DNA of 64,000 nt from positions 15,252,001 through 15,316,000 of the forward strand of contig NC_079170.1 in the NCBI RefSeq assembly GCF_947568905.1, in the 5' to 3' direction. Every line of letters starts with the position of its first letter. The first letter of the stretch is position 1. Both the position numbers and the translations under genes were made by a program. The DNA comes from Ostrea edulis (lineage: Eukaryota). Of this stretch, positions 60,979 to 64,000 are shown piece after piece. Below the pieces are notes generated by a model. That model saw only the letters and a program-made list of their open reading frames with translations. It ran no database searches and was not told the DNA's origin.

Positions 60979-62069
60979 AATTTCCCTTTGGTGTATGTTG
61001 CATTTTTTTTTTGTTTCAGTAAATTTTTCATATTTATATATTTTTATCATGCTAGCTGAAGCATAATTATTTGGGAGATACTCCTCGGTCGTAGGTACAT
61101 ATAGTGACAATTAACGTATCATTGCAATATTAGCTGCATCATCCGATCTTATTCCTGGGGAAACTCATGGGTACCAGTGAAATTTACACGGTTGTACAGT
61201 AAAACATAGTAAACCGCTAACATGCTTCTAATGAATTCACCCTTACAGCGAAGTGATTTTCATTCCCCGTAGTTTTGTAACAGGAACTTATTAAATATAA
61301 CGAATCAATTTGTTCATCCCCATCACTTTGCTATAAACATGTTCGTACATCCAGTCACTTTTTGTTTCTAATAGAATATATTTTATTGCAGCTGTAGAAA
61401 TATTAATTGGTGTTCATTGATTCTTTTTTTTATCAAATGGTAGGTACTGTGATGACCTACCTGTTCATTGAGTTGTTTTTATTTAATAACTTGGGGATTT
61501 TTATCAGTGATTGTATTTACTCCCAATAGAAATGTCCTGCTGTTGTAGCGTGTTAGAACCAGTCTACTATAACTATGTTTATAGTGGCATGAAAGGTTGT
61601 AATCATTTTGTTTTTCTTTATTGCACAATCACAGAGCAGCTTCTGTTGTAAGACGTTCTATTTATACAATGTATATTTCTATTTTATTTACATTCCAGAC
61701 ACATCGTTCCAAGCTTTAGAAAATACAAATTCAAACATGAATGGACTCTACATTCCGTCTGTCATTGCCATGATGTCTTTCGAAAACCAAAATTTTTAAA
61801 CAGAAAACTAACTCAGTTTTGTATACATGCACTTCCAGATTAATATATCTGTTTTTTTCTTACATGTACATGTATATTGCTATGTATTCTGTTGCAATTG
61901 AAAATAAGAATCTCCACCACTGATTCAAATAAAGCTTTCTAAATCTAACTATTTTAATTGATTGTTTTATATTTTACGTACTATATTCAGACAATATTTG
62001 CAAGATATTTTCTTTACAGGCATCATAAACTTGAGGAATTCTCAATGTTTTCAGCTATAAGGATGATAT

Positions 62070-62332
62070 TGAATTATTATACCCCACACAACAAAGTTGT
62101 GGAGGGTATACTGTTTTTGAACTGTCAGTCAGTCCCTTTTTTGTAGGCACAACTCGATCTCCGAGACCACTCAACAAAGTTTCGTGAAACTTTGTAGTTA
62201 GTAAGGACACACTGTAGATGTGCATATTCCCAGGAAATTCTTATTCAATAATTTTTGTGGGAGTTAATGCCCCTTTTGAACTTAGAATTTTGAGCTTGTC
62301 TGTCCTGTTCTTGTCAGCGCAACTCCTCTGAG

Positions 62333-62367
<35 letters not shown>

Positions 62368-62520
62368 ATAAGTACATACTGTGTAGATGTGCATATTCCC
62401 AGGAAATTCTGATTCAGTAATTTTTCGGAGAGTTATGCCCCATTTAAACAGAATTTCGAGCCCCTCTGTCCTGTTCTTGCAGTAATGCATAGCATTACCA
62501 TTCATTAAGTGAGACATTGT
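62070..62520 (+). mobile_element. Helentron/HINE-type element with two internal ~170-bp units
   Basis: TTATACCCC..ACAAAGTTGTGGAGGGTATA terminal hairpin; duplicated TTTCGTGAAACTTTGTAGTTA..GTAGATGTGCATATTCCCAGGAAATTCT. Confidence 0.55.
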
Positions 62521-64000
62521 CAAGCAATGTTGGAGTGTGGGGAATGTGAGCTTGCTCACTTCTGCTTTCTTTCATTTTTACAAGTTCAATTACATAAACA
62601 GTCTTTTTTGTAAAGGAAATTGACAATTTAAGCCTTTCAGGGAATCAGATGCCCAGCTGTTAAGTTAACATTGTGCTGATTTGACCTTCTGAATCAACTT
62701 ATGGCTTAAAATCTATAGGTGTTATGCATCAAATACAATCTTTGCATATTGAACAATTTTCGATTTGGCATGTCTTGCAATGCTAGTTTCTCTGTGACCT
62801 TGACCGTTTACCTTCAGGTCTCAAACATTTAGGTCACCTGAATGTCATGTATGCAGGTTAAAAAGTACTGAAGATTTGGACTAACTTAAAAGCATTGACA
62901 GATGAACACCAATAGTTATTGTAGTCAGGGCTCACACATCTTTGATGCAGAGTCATGATCAAGTTTTGGATGACTTTTCTATTATAGAGAAGACTTACAT
63001 AATGTTCACTATATGTAGTAAACTTTGTGGCATACATGTATATGTACATGTGCACATTGTGGTAGTTCAGAACACAAATGAAACTACATTAAGACTACTA
63101 GTACACATGGGGGGGGGGGGGGATTCCTTAGAACAGATCAAGTGGTTTCAAACTGCTGACCTACTTACTGGACATTTATAAATGACCCAAGAAATTTGAC
63201 CATGCTAGAGAGTTTCCTTCAGTTTAACACTACTCCTGGTGGAGAACATAAGGGAATTAGAACGAAATACATCTACAAGTCATACTGGAAACAAAGTTGT
63301 TTCATAAAATGGAGTCGCAAATCTATCACACTATTTAGAGGTAAGCAGATGTTTTAATGAGGTGTTGTGTGCATAATTTACTACACGTTCTAGTAATTAT
63401 AAAAATTATTTATTATACAAGCTGTGCATTTATGAGGTGACATGTCTCCAGAAAACTTGATCAATATAAACTGGAGAAAATTCATAACAGTGGGTTAATC
63501 AATAACTAAATGTATTCATAGTGGTTATAGGTTTAAAAACTACAGAACACAATCACTTTTGCAGTTATTAACCTTCAAGCAATATTTATCAGAGAAGGTC
63601 AATGATACCATGTCGCTGCCATATCATTTCCAAAAATTATAGAAGGGTGAGTAGTCTCCCTTTACCCTGAGATAATTCAAGTTATATTGTAAGTTCATCA
63701 ATTTTATTGGAAAACATATGTCGTGGATTTGCCAAAAAATAGTTTCATTGACCGCATTTTTTAGAAAACTACACAGTGATCTAAATTATATTTCAATTTA
63801 TCACTTGATACGACCACAAAACCAAGAATAAGAAATGAAAATATTTCACTATCAAAAACTGATAAAATGAAATCCAGTATTAACACTCATATTTGTGATC
63901 TGAAACAAAGGCAGTTTCTAATACCTTCAACAGAAGAGCTTGCTCTGTACATCATAATGTGGAGGCTACATCTGTAACTAGATTATTTGTCAAATCATAA

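Noticed and set aside
1891-63122. Long poly-G/poly-C tracts and (GA)n/(CT)n microsatellites
   Set aside because: Scattered simple repeats with no positional pattern I could find.

Overview
AT-rich, repeat-dense eukaryotic DNA, most consistent with an oyster (Ostreidae) genome, judging from the Helentron/satellite elements, SINEs and MITEs it contains. I reconstructed five protein-coding loci by hand from splice signals and translation. (1) The first coding exon of a PI-PLC X-domain gene (603-711, minus; absent from the ORF track). (2) A complete 7-exon class III eIF4E gene, EIF4E3 (8275-24646, minus, 222 aa). (3) An intact secreted LRR-only protein (29607-30818, minus), with a decayed tandem paralog next to it (27688-28920). 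(4) A complete 4-exon TPRKB/Cgi121 gene (37143-42982, plus, 177 aa). (5) A BTB-BACK-Kelch gene with a long charged N-terminal extension (55338-60210, plus, 858 aa). The long ([14 protein letters not shown])n ORFs come from a 42-bp intronic satellite. Main points of interest: three EIF4E3 introns carry tandem arrays of splice signals (15 intact extra donors, GT-inactivated donor copies, about 120 acceptor-like units); a 366-bp miniature LTR retrotransposon has tRNA-like sequences inside its LTRs; and a family of ~105-130-bp foldback elements shares 19-bp termini and 7-bp TSDs but has divergent self-complementary arms. All identifications are from recall and manual reading; no database search was run.
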